A stretch of DNA of 64,000 bases from Carcharhinus amblyrhynchos. Its lineage: Eukaryota. The stretch covers positions 66,402,001-66,466,000 of the forward strand of contig OZ336885.1 in NCBI GenBank assembly GCA_965287045.1, given 5' to 3'. The position numbers and the translations under genes were made by a program. Within the stretch, counting starts at the first letter, position 1, and each line of letters starts with the position of its first letter. The notes below the pieces were generated by a model. That model was not told where the DNA came from. It made no database searches and saw only the letters and a program-made list of their open reading frames with translations. This document shows positions 26,901-39,249 of the stretch, one piece after another.

Positions 26901-27696
26901 TTTTGTTGAGGTAAAAGTATTCATTATTAACGATCTTAGATCCCCCCCCCCCACCCCCCAACCACCACCCTGACATATTCAGGAATAACAGGTATTTCCT
27001 GCAGTGGGAGCATGGATTTAAAAAAAAGCAATGAATGATTTCATATCCGAAAATTCAATAATCAGTGAGTAGCAGAGACAGTCAAAGGGTTTAGTACTTA
27101 AGCTATGTAATCGTACACGAATGCACAGTTTTCTGAATCTGAAACTGATAAAGCCCTCATAGAATAGACGGGGAAGTAAACATACAACTCCCAATGACAC
27201 GTGGAGACACAAAGATCAGCCTTCATCCCAACAATTCCAAATTCAAAATGATCAACAAGAAGCGAGCAGTTGAGCTTTATTTTACACATTCTTATAGCTG
27301 ATTGTTTTGTTGCACTGATGACAATGGGTTAGATATCAGACATGAATATAAGACATAGAGATGGTGTATAGTTCAAATTGTAAATATCAACAATTCATCC
27401 GGAAATGGTTTGCAGATCTGGCAGCATCTGCGGGCAAATAACCAATGTCCATATATGCGGAAAAGCTTGCATGATCATTGAGTATTTCCATCACTTTATC
27501 TTTCTATTATCTTGATTCACTGAGCACCAAATTTGCGATGGCTGTACGACCTGCACAGTTCTGCTGCACCTTGTATCTGAAAATAGATACAGTGGGAATA
27601 AAGTTTGGAAGTTCATGAACATGAAACTTTGGGTAGGAACAGGGGGAAGCCTTGCAGTTAATACGCAACACAAGCATTAACGTCTGTCCCTTTCAG

Positions 27697-27732
27697 AACT
27701 CGAGAGTAAGCTTCAAGATGCAAGTGATGAAG
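27697..27732 (+). CDS. Butyrophilin-like gene, micro-exon (36 nt, phase 1-1), ELESKLQDASDE
   Basis: ctgtccctttcag| ... |gtaaga. Heptad-like peptide that shares KLQD (cttcaagat) with exon 282-317. Confidence 0.72.
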
Positions 27733-29049
27733 GTAAGACTGATCTGCTTCCAACTTTCACTCAAAACCCTCTGTTTATGTTATGGGAAGGGAAGATCCCG
27801 TCTTTTAAATTCTCAAGTCTACTCCGGCATTGAAATTCAAGAATTCCCACCTGAACCCTATCTGTGTCTCAGATGGAAGCACATCCTATTTTATGTTGTC
27901 TAACAAAAGAGCTATCACTTTCGAGTTTGAAGATTTTATTATACAGAATTACGAACATGCGTACAGAATAGTACTAGGCCGCAAAGCATAATTAATTTAT
28001 GGTTGGTGCCATTGTATCCCACTGTCATCGACCCATTCTAAAAGTATGATAGCAAATCTGTTCAGTCATTAGAAAAAAAACCAACTCCCTGGTCAAACAT
28101 CCGGAAAGTGAATATTAAAATGTTACAACCGATAATTAATTAATATTTTTATATCATCATTTTTTTTCTTTTTATTCTTCTTTTATTGTTTTTTTTAACA
28201 TGTCAACTGTTCATCCATAAATAAACTATTAAATTGTTCAGACAACATAAGATGCTGCAAGACACAAATCAGCATCTACAATCTCCTCTGGGCACCTGAT
28301 GTTGGGAAGCTTCGCCCCAACACAGAGGAATATGTTATTACCTGATCTCCAGGCCAATACATGGATAAAGTTATTCCTCTCTTCGCAGAAGAGGTCTTTC
28401 AGCACCTCAGGTTCTTTCTGGCTCTCTGCAGGACCAATACATCCGTTCTCCAATACCCGTTTGTTACTCGGTAACTCTGTGAATTGGGCCAAATATACAA
28501 AAAGTAACATTCCATGTGACTTCCATCATCCGCTAATCAATATATATTCCAATTGGAAATCAGAAGCCACAAAACCATCCACGTTCATTATTTATGTTTA
28601 ACAATCATTTGGAATTAACGACACCCCCAGTTATTTACCTTTCATAAGTAAAACAAGTTTTTCTCAAACATCTTTTGTAGAATCCTTATTAATTAGAGGG
28701 CACTACAAAATAGGAAATGTCCCAACACCAAGCACTAAACTGGAAGCTTTAGCAAAACAAAAGGCTTGTAATAATTAATAATTAATAAAATAAAACCGGT
28801 GCTTGATCTTAGATTCGACTGTTTGAGGTAGAACAATAATCGCTTTCAAGAACAAGATTGACCAATCTACTAAGTGTCAAAGGAAAATAAAAATATGCTT
28901 TTTGGGGTCATCATGCTGAATTCTAAACACGGTTACTCCGGTCTGATGCGGGAAAAGATTTGTATATATATTGGCAAGATTCTGGTCTCTAAAAAATTGG
29001 GATGGCAAGTGCTAACGTTGATTGTTGGATTTAAAACTGTATGTAGACA

Positions 29050-29910
29050 GGTTACGTGAGTCACCAAAAAGTAGGCAGAAACTACATGACGTATCAAATG
29101 TGCAATTTTGAAATGTAGCAGGAAGAACAAAGAAGGTAAATATAATCGAAATTGATTAAAAGGCTGCAAAAAGATGCAACACAAATATTTTTGGGGATCT
29201 TTGTGCATTAAACGCAAAACAAAAATGTAGCCGACAGTCTTAAAAAGTCTAAATGAAAGTAAATAGAATGTTTGCCGTTATGTCAAAGGGAATGAGGTCC
29301 GCATTCCAAGGAGGCTCACATTTCTACACAAAGCTCCTGTTATGCCACGCTTGAAATATTGCAAATAGCTGTGCTTCCGTTCTCTAACAAAATATATATT
29401 GATATTCAAGGCAGTTTCGGCAAAGTTCACAAGGTGAACTTGGGTGCAGATAGATTTTCAAGGCGTTGAGTAGATTTGTTCTCCATTCACTCGAGTACAG
29501 AAGATTGGGAGATGACTTGTCTGAGATGTATAGCATTTCCATGGATGCTTGAAAGTTTAGATGTGGGAAGGTTGGTTCCCACTGCGGTATTGTCTATGTT
29601 CCAAGGACATATTCTCAGTCAAGTGTCGCCTACGTTGAGAGAAACGATGAGAGTTTTATTATCGCAGGAATATTGAATCTATTGAATTATTTACCACAGA
29701 TGGCTGTGGTGTCTGGGCTGGTAAGCCTGCTAAGGGCTGAGGTAAATGCATTTTTATCAGTAGAGGAATCAAGGGATTTGTCCCTTGAATTGAAGTCGGA
29801 AAGTGGACTAGGAAATTTCATTTCAATTCTCCCAAGATATCATTGAATGTTGTAGCAGATATGAATGGCCGAATGACCTACTTTTGCTCCGAGGCATTAT
29901 GGTCTTAACA
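29050..29910 (+). mobile_element. Degenerate CR1 3' fragment
   Basis: Eroded LGIFVH and PRLKYC motifs and tail ggccgaatgacctacttttgctcc. Confidence 0.65.
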
Positions 29911-30529
29911 TTTGGCCCGACGACTATAATCACAATCACAACAATAACTCTCTTCTTAACTCCCACACAGGTTGTGTGGATCCCGCCAAAGGTGCGACAA
30001 TTTTCCGTTTGGTTACAGGTATAAGGTGCCACTGCCTTTTAGTCATGGAGATAGACTGCTTCAAACCTTAAAATAAGCAGCGTTTGGTTATGTGGAGGAT
30101 ATTGTTCAGGCTGGGATATCAATAATTTGCCATTTTAAGATGTTTCCTCGCTTTGTGTCATTGTTCAACACAGCAGACCTCATGCAACAGGCCCTCCAAT
30201 ATTACATTTATATCTAATAATCGTCAGAAGGTCCACTCTTGAATTTCAAAACCAAACGCCAAATTATGAGTATTCTCGACTTCAGTCTAACATCTGAATT
30301 ATACCTAATTCAGTCGCAATCTGGGAACAACACAATTTGATAACTGTGATCTGGATTGTCCTGTTCTGATGTGTTCAGCTACTACAAGCTGAATGACGAA
30401 GAATGTGGAGTTCTAAAATGTGGTTCATGAAGCCTAGTAAGTCTCCTGAAGTGGGACAAAAAATGATGGGGTTTTCGAAGTGTAGTCATTATGGCTCTCT
30501 CGAAAAATGTGCTTATTGACGTGCTTAAA

Positions 30530-32230
30530 ATATCTCCACACCCATCAGTCTGAAAACTCTTCTCAATCTATCAGTTGTAAGATTGCCCATGTCCATCAAA
30601 CTTTGACCACATCCATCAATACAAAGATGTGGCCCATACATGTCAGTAGAATTATATTAACCATGTTAATTTGGATGAAAACTTCTTCCCATTCTCTACG
30701 AATGAAGTCACCACCCATATCCAATATCATGAAAGCCTCATCAATTTAGTCTTTATGACAATACGGCCCAGATCTATCGAAATCGAATCATATTCCTTAT
30801 ATATGAGATTTAACAATTCAGCCATTTACATTTGCATGGAAGCATTGCTCGTATCAATGAATATGAAACCATCGCCTATGTCCATCAGGTTGAAAAATGT
30901 TGTACATTCATTGATATGAAAGCAATGTTGATATCCGTCAGCATGGGAACTTCGCCCATATTGACGTGTGAAACCATCAGCCACACCCACCAGTATGAAA
31001 ACATGGTCATAAACATCAGGAATAAATATATGCTTTGACCATTAGTGTGACGAAATTCTGCATGTGCATTAGTATAACCCAGGTGCATTAGTGTAAACGA
31101 ATCTCCCAATTCATCAATATGAAAGCATCCCACATAAAAATCAGTATGAGCACATGCCTCATATAGATCATCACGTAAAAATCGTCCATATCTATCAGAG
31201 AAAAAACATAGCCCATATCCATCAGCATGGAAATATTGTCTTTGTCCATGAATATGTAATAATTAGCCATATATATCAGCAGGAAAATATGGCCCATGTG
31301 AGAATGAAAACATCTCAAGTGCCCATCAATGCAAAGAATTGTGGATTTCCATCGTCATGACCAACATCATGGAAACACTTTGCTTAACTAGCAATCCATC
31401 CATCTGAGTGAAAATGTGTACCATATCCACCAGTGTGAAAACTTTGCCCATATGCAACAATATTAAAGGCACCGCCCAGCTCCATCATTATGAAAGAATC
31501 GCCCATATCCAGGAGTATGAAGCCGTTCCATACTACGATCAACACTCAAATGCCGCCAATATATATCATTATAAAATGTCAGCCCGACCCTTTGACACGA
31601 AGTTATCACCCATTCCCATTCGTGAAACAACATCTCCCATATCCTTTAGAATGATTTTTTCCCATATATTTCATGATGAAAATTGCATGATAATGAAAAC
31701 GTGGGAAATACTCAATAGTTTGAAAAATGATCTTCCATCCATTGGTGTGAAATAGCTCACGTAACTATCAGTCTGAGAAATATCTTCCCCATCTATCAGT
31801 GCAGAAAATACCTGTCACATCCAAAAACCCCTCTCATCTCCATCAGTGTGAATACAGTGTAGATAAGCATGAGCATGGAAAGATTTCCGTTGTCATAAAT
31901 TAAGAAATCATTTCCCCTATTTGTCAGCGCATAAAGTATCTTCTGCATCCATCCCAACATCTCTCAATCAATCTACATGAACGATAATATCTAACAAACA
32001 GAACAAACATTCCCAGAGCAAGCAACTAGTGCGAATCTCCAATGGACATAAATATGAAAATCGACCACTAATCACTGTGGATTAAAAAAGCCTCCACAGA
32101 TCTATTTACATAATCACATCTCACATATACATGAATATGAAAGCAACTTCCATATCTGAATATTTTAAGAAAATCTCCACTGTCAATAATTTTGAAAATA
32201 CACGACATGTTCATCAATCTGTAAAATAAC
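30530..32230. repeat. Degenerate tandem minisatellite, unit about 27 bp (approx. TCGCCCATATCCATCAGTATGAAAACA)
   Basis: Recurring cccatatccatcagtatgaaa-like words at 26-28 nt spacing, clearest at 31421-31530. Confidence 0.75.
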
Positions 32231-33024
32231 AAAAATGTGTGCTGGTTAGTCATGTAAATACATGAAGGATGGTCACATAAAATGCAAAGGGATATTTTTC
32301 TTCATTCACCGTTCCTGGAATATAAGGCCGGTGAACCTGTATCCTCAATATAAATTCATGATTAATCAGCACAATTAAATTAACAAAAAACTCAGTTTCA
32401 TTAGTTATAGGAGTGGCACCACCTTTTTTTTTGCCTGGGATCCAGAAGCTTACGGGACAATGGAAGGAGATATCCGTTTTGTTCTAGTGCAGCGGAGGAA
32501 TTAGTCATGATACCATCAGTAGCAAGTACCCACCTCCCCCACCCCGCCCCCCCCCCCCCACCACACACACACACATACACCCCTAACCACTAGTGGTGTT
32601 CAATTAGCATTGATTTTGGAAATGGGAGGTGAAGATCAATACTGGAAAAGCCAAGACTGCATCAGGTTTTTCGATAAAAGCAGTCAAAAACCTGACCCAG
32701 ATCATTACTCCAAGTGGACTGTGCTTAGTTGATGATGGGTCAATCAGTGGTGTACTTAATTTTCCTCTGCCCCGACAATTTGTGCCCGCTGTGTTTATTT
32801 GGTAGGACATTGTTTGATGACGGTTGGTTTAAATCAAAACTCCTATAGATTTTTTTTGGGCAGCGATATTCTGAGGGATGTTTTACACTCTCGCTTAGCA
32901 GATCCGCGAGGACAGGTTGAAAAGGTCCTCGGTTTAATATTTTACTAAAAGACAGCATTCCCTCAGTGTTTCCACTGTATGGGGCTGGTCAAAGTTTGTA
33001 TCCTTTCAATCGAAAGCCCAGAAA

Positions 33025-33300
33025 GGTGGCACAGTGTTTTGCACTATTACCTCACTGCGCCTCGGGTAACTTCTGTGAAGAGATTGCACGTTTTCCCCGT
33101 GTCTGCGTGCTCCGGTTTCCTCCCACAGTCTAAATATATGCGGGTTAGGTTGATTGGCCACGATAAGTTAACCCTTAGTATCAAGGAAATTAGCAGCATA
33201 AATGTGGGGCGTTATAGAAATAGGGCATGGGTGGGATTGTGAACAGTGCGGTTCGATGGGCCGAATGACATCAATCGACACCGTAGGGATTCTATGATTC
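33025..33300 (+). mobile_element. V-domain SINE (HE1-like)
   Basis: Head ggtggcacagtg, V core ctccggtttcctcccacagtc and tail gggattctatgattc. Confidence 0.82.
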
Positions 33301-33464
33301 TTTGAACTCCATTAAGCTCAAGACCTTAAGTCCTAAATATGACAGAGCGATTTCCACTTACCGGCAGTTGAGTATTAATGCAATAGAGCTCTGATGTCAT
33401 AAGTATGGATTTTGGGGATGTTTCACTGTCCTCCCTTCTCTGCTATCCACATGACTATTACTAG

Positions 33465-33491
33465 AATGGAAAGTTCTAACGAAGCATAAAG
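33465..33491 (+). CDS. Butyrophilin-like gene, pre-B30.2 micro-exon (27 nt, phase 1-1), EWKVLTKHK
   Basis: ttactag| ... |gtaagc. An EWK-containing short exon directly before the B30.2 exon resembles the BTN3-type EWKxALFKP|ADVILDP junction. Confidence 0.78.
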
Positions 33492-34396
33492 GTAAGCCAT
33501 CATGAATTCTGCTTCACGGTCCGCAGCCCGCCCCACCCACCCCCTCCCCCCCCCCCACCCCGCCCTTTTACTTTCCTTAGGAGAGCCACATCTCCTTCTA
33601 AATGTCTCCAATCACTCCACTATCATCGACTACCCTTCCCCATTTCGTAATATCTGAGTCACTCCAGCAGTTCGTGGAAACGTAACGCGTGACGAGAGGT
33701 GAGGGAAAATTTGAAGTAATTGCAAAGTGTAGTTTTTTTAACCTCCTGGGGCTTTTTTGATGGTCTCCGAGAGGCACTTGCAGAGATGGGAAGATTCCTT
33801 GAACGAGTCAGTCAGACAAAGTAGCCAGCTGGGTGAAGCTCCAGAGGCGGAAACAACTTTTTGTCATAAATATGGTGCAGCACCAGCCGCTTGAGCCTCA
33901 GACGGGAGAATGTGGAGCTGTGTACTGTATGGGGCGGGTGGGGGTTGGGGCATCATTTTTCCAATTAACATTTAAATGTGCATGTGATGTTACTATTAAT
34001 GATTGGAAGCTCCTTATATTGGAAAAAGAGCCATGCAGCTAATGTAAACATCGTTGTATTTAATGCAGCGAATATATTTGAAAATGTTTGCAATGTTAAT
34101 TTTATCAATTTGGAGCTCCTAAAACAACAACAATGGAGATATTTGTATCTCCTTGCACTTCCTTTGATGAACGTTTGGAAATATTTTGCAAAGTTATACT
34201 GGATATTTTATGGATAAAGTATATGCGTTGTAATTTAGCAATGATTCAGGGGAAAGAACAAAAGGCGACAGGTCAAAGTACGTCAGAAATTTTGCACATT
34301 GTTACTGCTGCTTTAAAGGGGCTGATTATTTAATTTGTGAACTGTGCACAATTGCATGAATACAATGCTTACTTTTCTTCTCTCTTTGTTTACCAG

Positions 34397-34911
34397 TTCC
34401 GATTGTATTCGATAATGAAAATGCTGATCCACGGTTCGCCTTTGGCAAAGACAACAAAAGCGTCGGCTGGAATGACACAGTAGCAGCAAACAAGGAGCTA
34501 CAATTTGCGGACAGTTGGACAATCTGGGCAAGCGACGGTGTTCCTCATGGCAAGCAATACTGGGAGGTGTCAGCCAGCCCAGGGACAGTCTGGAGCGTAG
34601 GAGTCTCCCAGAATGTCCGACCTATGAACAGATGGAGCAGACCGTTTTCCAAGGACAGTTACTGGGCCCTGATGATGTGGAACATCGAAGGCAACAAGGA
34701 AAATGTAAGATCGCTGGGCACTTCAGTCTTGATGGCCCAACTGAGCAAACTGGGAGTCTACGTGGACAACAAGGAAGGACGGGTGTCCTTCTACAACCCG
34801 GAGAACGGAGCCCATGTGCATACCTTCAATGCCAAACTCACAGGCAAAGTTTACCCTGTCTTCAAACTCTGGGTCACCACGAGCCCTGATGGCACCTTAA
34901 CCCTAGTTTAG
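34397..34911 (+). CDS. Terminal exon encoding a B30.2 (PRY-SPRY) domain of a butyrophilin-like protein (TRIM-like less likely)
   Basis: Acceptor ctctttgtttaccag|, phase 1. Open frame VPIVFDNENADPRF...GKQYWEVS...WSVGV...YWAL...KLGVYVDNKEGRVSFYN...HTF...KVYPVF...LTLV*, with SPRY motifs YWEV, WxVGV, LGVYxD, VSFYN and YPxF. Confidence 0.92.
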
Positions 34912-35363
34912 ACCGGAGACTTTGATCATTGAAAAAAATCAGTCGATATTATGCATGTTGCTATGATCGACTCAATCCTTCATCCATTCTGCCTCTCTCT
35001 CTCTGTGTCTCTCTCATTTTCACTCAATTTCACGACTGCAAGTATGTAATTGGCCTCAACCTCTCAATGATAAGATAATCATGTTGTAGAACGCGGCATT
35101 TCCAGAATTCCGCCCAGAGAAAAGTATTTAGTTTCATTTCATTTTACCGGATCATCGCTGGATTGGAAATCGAGGCACCAAATTTACAGGCCGGATCTCT
35201 GGGGAGGGTTGGAGGAGTGGGAGGGGGGGCGGGGGCGGGGGGTTGGCTGGGTATCTATTCAAATCCCACTTTTGCTGCTGCTAAAATTTTAAATGGATCA
35301 ATAAGTATCTTAACTGGAATTTTCTCTCAGTTATGGTATCAATGAAATTATAAAATGTTGCGG

Positions 35364-35369
35364 AATAAA
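35364..35369 (+). promoter_or_regulatory. Candidate polyadenylation signal of the B30.2 gene
   Basis: AATAAA about 450 nt after the stop codon, with gtgtttcgtg shortly downstream. Confidence 0.5.
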
Positions 35370-37494
35370 ACCCGATTAACAATTAGTGTTTCGTGATGGA
35401 AAGTTTCCATTCTTAGCCTAGTTAACCTCCCGACAAGTCTACACACATTAAGAAATGTGGTTCGCCCTGAACCGACTTCAGTAGTCGGCAAGATAGCCAT
35501 TCATAGCGAGGACAATTGGGGATGGACAACAAATACTAGCCTTGCAAGCGACGCCTACATCCCCTGAAATAACAAAATAAGATTGTAAATCTCCACCTAA
35601 CTATGTTATGGTCTTGGTCGCTGATACTGGATTGCCCACGAAATGCAAATAAGTTTTCCTTATGAATACAATTCGCAGCTCCATTATATTAAAAATCTCC
35701 AGCAGTTCATTACATAGTGTCCCTGTTTCCCCTGAAAATCAATTCCCAGCAAGTTCAACTTTTTTCTTATTCAGAGACGCAGGCTTCTGCAATCACTTCG
35801 CATATTTTGGCACCTCTCCAGTACCTCAATACCCTCATTAAAATATCGAGACAAAAACGGCCCAAAAATTCCAATTTTGTTCCCAAAAAATTGTTGTTGA
35901 AAACTATTCTCAGTGCTCAAAGTTCTATCTGACCAAGGTCTCTGAGAACAACAGTGCTTACAGTGGTTCTAAGTGGTCCAATCAATATACTATACGCACA
36001 GACGTATATTCCTCGATATTTGAAACCTGCAGCCCTCGAAATGGACATCATTACTTGCTGAGCATTCTCCATGGCCCTGGTCACTTGTGTTTCAGCAATT
36101 AGGTCCACACAGTTTGAAAAGCTGATCAGTTTCAAATCTACCCAGTTTCGACTCCATGCAACCAATGAAGAGTTTAGTTCCAAGCGTATCGTACGATGTG
36201 TTTTGTTTATTTTCGCAGGTAGAAATCACTTGCAAACGGAGCAAAGCTGACAGGAGAACCATAAAATCGAGAGATAATAAACAAATTAATAAGGAATGAT
36301 GTTGAAGTATGTGGGTTTTGGGGTTATGCTGAATATCCTTTGTGAAGCCACGCCCCAACGTTCAAATATATATAAAAATAATATGACGCAGCTGCGCTCG
36401 CCGATACCTATAAAACCCCATAACAGCACTGAACTGACATCATGCAATCTTCATTTTGTTGCAGCTGATTCACCGCATTTATGTGCTTGTGCTCGATTCC
36501 TCTAAGTGTTTTCTGATATCGTCACTCATGTAGACTTCACATTCCAAAGAATATCAACCCTAACTGTAGAAATCCGTCTCCTCAGATCCCCTGGGCATTT
36601 TTTTTTGTGTGTGTGATTTTAAGCTAATGGTTCTCATCAACCCCTTTGGCAAAGAATATGGTTTCTTATAACTTCTGACAAAATCATCATCTATATTTCA
36701 CATCTACTTTGTATCTATTAATATATTCATGTGTTACCCAATTAATTAAGTCATCACTTCATCTTCCAATACAATTGCGCATCCATGAAATCGATATAGA
36801 GGAAAAGAAAAATCATTGATACTCCAGGGGAGGCACTTCTTGTAATCATTTGTTCCGAGTGTGTTCATTTTCGCTCTGTTTTTCTGATTGTGCTGTACTT
36901 AGTTGAAGACACCACAATAAATCCGGGATAAAAACATCAAAAAAAGTTTGGAATGTTCACCTTCGTCCACTGAGTTCATGGAGGAAATGATGAAAGCAGG
37001 ATTTTATTCGATGCAATCGATTCTTTTTGAAGATTAAGACAATGTCTATTTTAAAGATAGATTATCTGTGAGGAGATATTATTCAGGCCAGAATATTTTA
37101 GTACATTACATCGCAGAACGCTAATTGATCAATTTGCTTTAAAGGCGTTAAGACCAAAAGAGCACAAGAGAGTCGAATGGGAGAGAGAAAAAAAGTGTAT
37201 TGACCGAAAGTTCAATTGATCTGGAATCTGAGATCATTTTTCTCAGTCTGCCTCTTATTTGCTCTCCAGTTATGCACATACACAGAAATTCAAGCATAAA
37301 TGTTTGGGAAGTATTCAGTGCTAATTCTGGTGAATCAGGTGGGCAATCTCCTAAGACACATGAAAGCCGAAGAGGCTAAATGATACTTCAAACAAATCTG
37401 AACTGTTAGCATCCAAATTCCGCACTCGACGAAGGTGATACTGTTTCAATGGTGAATTAGTTTGTGTTGTATAATCTCAATCTTCAACAGGCAT

Positions 37495-37930
37495 GCATAA
37501 TTGCAGACGGACACAATCTCCGTCCATCTCTTACATACATGCACACACAACCTCTCGCAAAAGCATAGATATAATACACGCACATACACTCACGCGCACG
37601 CACACACACAGAAATACGACTGGATACGCACGGGCATACACACGCAAAAACACAGAGTCACAGGCGAGTTTTCGTGCAAGCACCCCTTACACACACACAC
37701 ACAGACATACATTCGCTCGCAGGCACACAGCTGCGCGGCTTCACAAACAGAATCATGATGCACATACAGTTACACATATGCAATCACAGACACACACATA
37801 CACACACACACACAGGCACAACACAAACAGATGCAGGCGCAAACAGAGATTCAAAATCTTTCACAAACAAAGGAACACACATGATTCAAAATCACTAACA
37901 CGTTGACACACATGCACAGTTATAAACAAA
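37495..37930. repeat. Degenerate CA-rich low-complexity tract
   Basis: Many interrupted (CA)n runs. Overlapping ORFs are His/Thr-rich artefacts. Confidence 0.85.
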
Positions 37931-39249
37931 CGCACTTACAGTTTCAAACATGCATTTATTGCACAGGAATAGATTCGTAATTACGCAGTCACATGCGGAC
38001 AGAAACAGAAAGAGAAAACAGGGATAATCGCAGAAATGTACAACATCTTACAAAGACAAAGACCATCGAGGGTTTATGAAATTCTGAGCTGGTTCACATA
38101 GGACGCGACATCAGAAGAATAACCGATGTAAGGTAGAAATCTTTGTGTGCACTATTATAAAATTGGATGGTATAAATTTATTCCTAAAACTATGAGAGGA
38201 AGTGAAATTGCCAATTTTCTACAATTTTGGAGTACCTGAACAGAAAACAATTTCGACACGTGATAATGTCACAAATGTATTATATAATCGGATGAAGTGT
38301 CTGAGAGGGGATTGCGTGGAATTTACTCTGCAGTGGAATGCGAGTGAAGCTATTAGACAATCATTCTCGCTGTATAAGTGAATAAGTTGCGAAGCTGCCA
38401 TTTAAATTTGAAGAGATTTGCGGTGTCTCCGGAAAGCTAAACTGGATCTTTTTAAAGAGAGGCTGTGCCTGATGTTGATTCCCCTCCCGGCCGTCACACT
38501 TTGTCATAGTTGTAGCAGCTCCTCCCAGTGCCAGATCTGGGAGAAGTTGCTGCAACTGAGGAAACATCCGGGACCCAATTTGAATGACTTTCATACTGAC
38601 GTTTTTAACAAAAGTAAAAATTATAAACTTGGCGAAACGAAACAAAGAAGAAGAGGCTCAAAGAAATGGGGAGGGAACGGATCCAAAAGCAGATCGGAAG
38701 ACGATGTCAGTAATAATCTTCCGCTTACGAAAAATAAACTTTGCACAAATGTTGCCGTTCCGCATGTGCCGAATGGCTTTCTCCCAGAGGACAGCGCATC
38801 GGCCACTTCCCTGGGAATAGAAATTGGCCGGTGAGCCGCAGTAGGGTGTTGGACGCGCACGCACAGTGCAGAGCTCCATGTAGCCGCTGATGATCGTTTC
38901 ACTTCGTATTTTGTGTTGTGCAGAGGATTGGATGTTCTCGCCAAGATATTAAGAACCCTGCGAACCATTACCACCCCTCCGCCCGTCACTGGTTCCCGAT
39001 CTTCGCCAAACTTAGTTACGATTGAACACGGGAGAAGACGGATTTCTACCTCTCTGATGGGGACATCGGAAGAACCATGTTCTTCGTCACTGCTTGACCC
39101 TTTCCGAATTGAATGCCATACTGAATCGAGCATATCTCTGTCGTCCAGAAATGACACTTTGACTGACGGAGGCAACTTGGTCCCACATTGAATCCCACCT
39201 TCCAAACACATTCCGTTCCCTCCCCTTTATTGGTCGTAACACTACAGGA

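Noticed and set aside
27491-28601. Minus-strand exon-like ORFs (27491-27673, 28238-28510)
   Set aside because: Acceptor-like sites exist but the peptides are unrecognisable. This could be a lncRNA, but I cannot support it.
30530-32230. Repeat array considered as CRISPR-like
   Set aside because: Units are contiguous and degenerate with no unique spacers, the context is eukaryotic, and there are no cas genes.
32806-32822. 17-nt candidate micro-exon before the EWK exon
   Set aside because: Not a multiple of 3, no compensating exon found, and a weak donor.
37493-37906. His/Thr-rich ORFs
   Set aside because: Translation artefacts of CA repeats.
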